Source: Balanoglossus misakiensis (Eukaryota; Animalia; Hemichordata). Taken from it: 64,000 nucleotides of DNA. Position numbers and translations under genes: made by a program. Shown here one piece after another: positions 61,921 to 64,000 of the stretch (position 1 is the first letter of the stretch; every line of letters starts with the position of its first letter). The stretch lies in assembly GCA_040954595.2 (NCBI GenBank), contig CM082586.2, positions 4,595,125 to 4,659,124 of the forward strand, read 5' to 3'. Below the pieces are notes generated by a model. That model was given only the letters and a program-made list of their open reading frames with translations, searched no databases and had not been told where the DNA came from.

Positions 61921-63736
61921 ATGAAGTCCCTCCAAGAGCCTCCAGATGGTGGTTGGGGATGGGTGGTTGTTTTCGCAGCGTTTATAGGCTTAGCAATCAG
62001 CTCTGGGTTCATGCACGCATTTGGAATTCTCTACGTTGCATTTTTGGACGCATTTGGGGAATCAAAAGCGGCAACAGGTAAAAGTAAATCAGGAATTGAG
62101 GTGGACTGTTTTTTATAGAAACAGCAATCACCGTATGCGCAAAATATGCGGGTCGGCTAGTGTCTATGGAAAGGCAACATTCAAAGCTTCATTAATTTGC
62201 ATACAAGATGGCCGCTTGATGATGCCTACTTACTATCATGTGCGATATTGTGAAATAAACCATCTATTGTAAAGTGAGAAATGCAATATCTTGAAGATAT
62301 ATTGTGCCCTCAATAGTCACATCTAACTACTGCCATGTATAACTTGCCAATGAATGTTGCATCATTCCATTCCAGCGTGGATCAATGGAATATTCACTAT
62401 TGTCTGTGTAATTGCGTCAAGTCATGGCATAGCGTTGTCGAGAAGGTTTGGACACCGGAAAACAGTCATGGGAGCAGGCGTTTTGTCAGCACTAGGGATT
62501 CTTGGCAGTGCTTTTGCCACAAACCTGTACCAGGTGTACTTCACCTATGGAATTGTGACAGGTATGGCTGTAGTATTGACAGTTTTATTGTACATATACG
62601 CAATGACACAGAAGTTGGGTGTCATAGCATGGCCAATTCGTGTGTGTGCCCATGTACAATGTTTAAGCGCTCTGCTTTTGTGTTCGAACATGGTTTTGTT
62701 CTTGTGAATTCCTGTTAACTCTGATTTCATAGCAGAGGTACGGTTCACAACTCGGACTTTATTTGATTTCGATTTCTTTTACACAGGAATTGGTTTTGGT
62801 CTGGCGTATTTGAACTGTGTTGAAATGGTCAGTATTTACTTTGCGGGGCGATTTCCCCTTGCTGTAGGTTTGGCCATGGCAGGCAGTGGTGCGGGACAGG
62901 TTATATTGTCCATTGTCGCCCAGATACTGGTGGATCAATACGGTTGGAGAGGAATGTTGTTGATTATGTCCGGATTCACCTCGCATTTACTGATAGCAGG
63001 CGCTCTGTTTCGACCGTTAAATGTGCAAGAGTTGATTAGACAAAAACCGAACAACACAGAATCCACGAAGACTGGAAATTCGAAGATTACTACAAGTGAT
63101 TGGTCAACTAAATTGTCAACAGAGCAAAATCAGCCAAATAATTGCCAACGCCTAAAAACGTGTTCCTCCTCTTTGAAGTCATATTGTATGACCGTATATG
63201 ACCTCTCCCTGTTCAAGAGCCCTGTCTTCATCATGTTAGGTTTGACTGCCGTTGGGCAGATCGCTGCCCTTCTTGCAAGTGCCGTCCATATTGTAAGTAC
63301 TTGTTGTAATGATGTTGTTTTTATTTACTTATAATATCGTCTTGTGAGAGCAACCTTTATTTGATTGAATTCCATACTCTGTCGGTCGAAAACTATGGTC
63401 ACGAATACGATGGTATCGCACCGTTATGTTATTCACTGTATACAAGTTTTGCAACCAGGGTCTCTGGTTTGGCACATGCCCATAAGACGGTTGTCGGCAT
63501 TTAACAAGTTCAAATTCTTTGCCTCTTGTAGGTAAGACGTGCTCGTGATTATGGTATATCGGACATTCAGAGTGCATACATACCAGCCGCCATGGGATTG
63601 GGACAGATGGTTGGCAGACCATGCTTTGGTCTTGTTGGCCATGTTACAAAGCTCAACCCGAGCATACCGTTTGCCTTTGCCCTGTTTGTTTGTGGCGTTG
63701 TACTTATTGTCAGCACGTATGCAAAATCCTTCACAG
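61921..63736 (+). CDS. SLC16A/MCT family member, paralogue 3 (3' exons lie beyond the window end)
   Basis: Exons: 61921-62077, 62376-62561, 62787-63292, 63532-63736. Motifs EPPDGGWGWVVV, YFAGRFPLAVGLAMAGSGAG, YGWRG, LFRP, VRRARD. Exon sizes 186 and 205 are shared with the other two paralogues. Confidence 0.9.
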
Positions 63737-63831
63737 GTAATTACGCTGCATTATACTGATTTTCAGATAAAATTCCTGTTTTAAAATGGGTGTTTTGAAA
63801 TATACGAAATTATTAAAGCATTTACTGCTAA

Positions 63832-63910
63832 TTTTTAGAAGAACTACTTTATTCCTTCAACGGAAAGCCTTTTTAGAAGAACTACTTTTATTCCTTGAAT
63901 GGAAAGCCTT
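63832..63910. repeat. ~40-bp tandem duplication
   Basis: TTTTAGAAGAACTACTTT(T)ATTCCTT..A.GGAAAGCCTT occurs twice in tandem. Confidence 0.8.
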
Positions 63911-64000
63911 AGCACACCAAACGACCACTACACACGCATACGATATGTATTCATACACACACAAGCCACCAGTAAGCTTGTACGTGGATTCTCTTTGTCT

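Overview
Compact, gene-dense stretch of an invertebrate animal genome. Intron-rich genes with vertebrate-like proteins suggest a deuterostome such as a hemichordate or echinoderm (inference). I spliced the gene models by hand from splice-site boundaries (GT-AG, plus one GC-AG) and frame continuity. In order: MTERF3 (-) head-to-head with PTDSS1 (+); an OATP/SLCO4-like transporter (-); a Schlafen-like 1 gene (RRM-like + AlbA_2 nuclease domain + coiled coil + CaaX; -) head-to-head with PI4KB (+); then three SLC16/MCT paralogues (+, -, + truncated by the window end) with an intronless TRIM-NHL gene between the first two. All complete models give uninterrupted reading frames. Non-coding DNA holds several short TIR elements (piggyBac-like, Tc1/mariner-like, Kolobok/T2-like, a foldback) and microsatellites. 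Notable points: a prenylatable Schlafen-type nuclease sharing a promoter with PI4KB, conserved MTERF3-PTDSS1 microsynteny, a GC-AG intron, chained uORFs overlapping the PI4KB start, a dense nuclear-receptor half-site cluster, exon-scale GC3 mosaicism, and MCT paralogues lacking proton-coupling residues. Protein family calls rest on remembered motifs; no database search was run.
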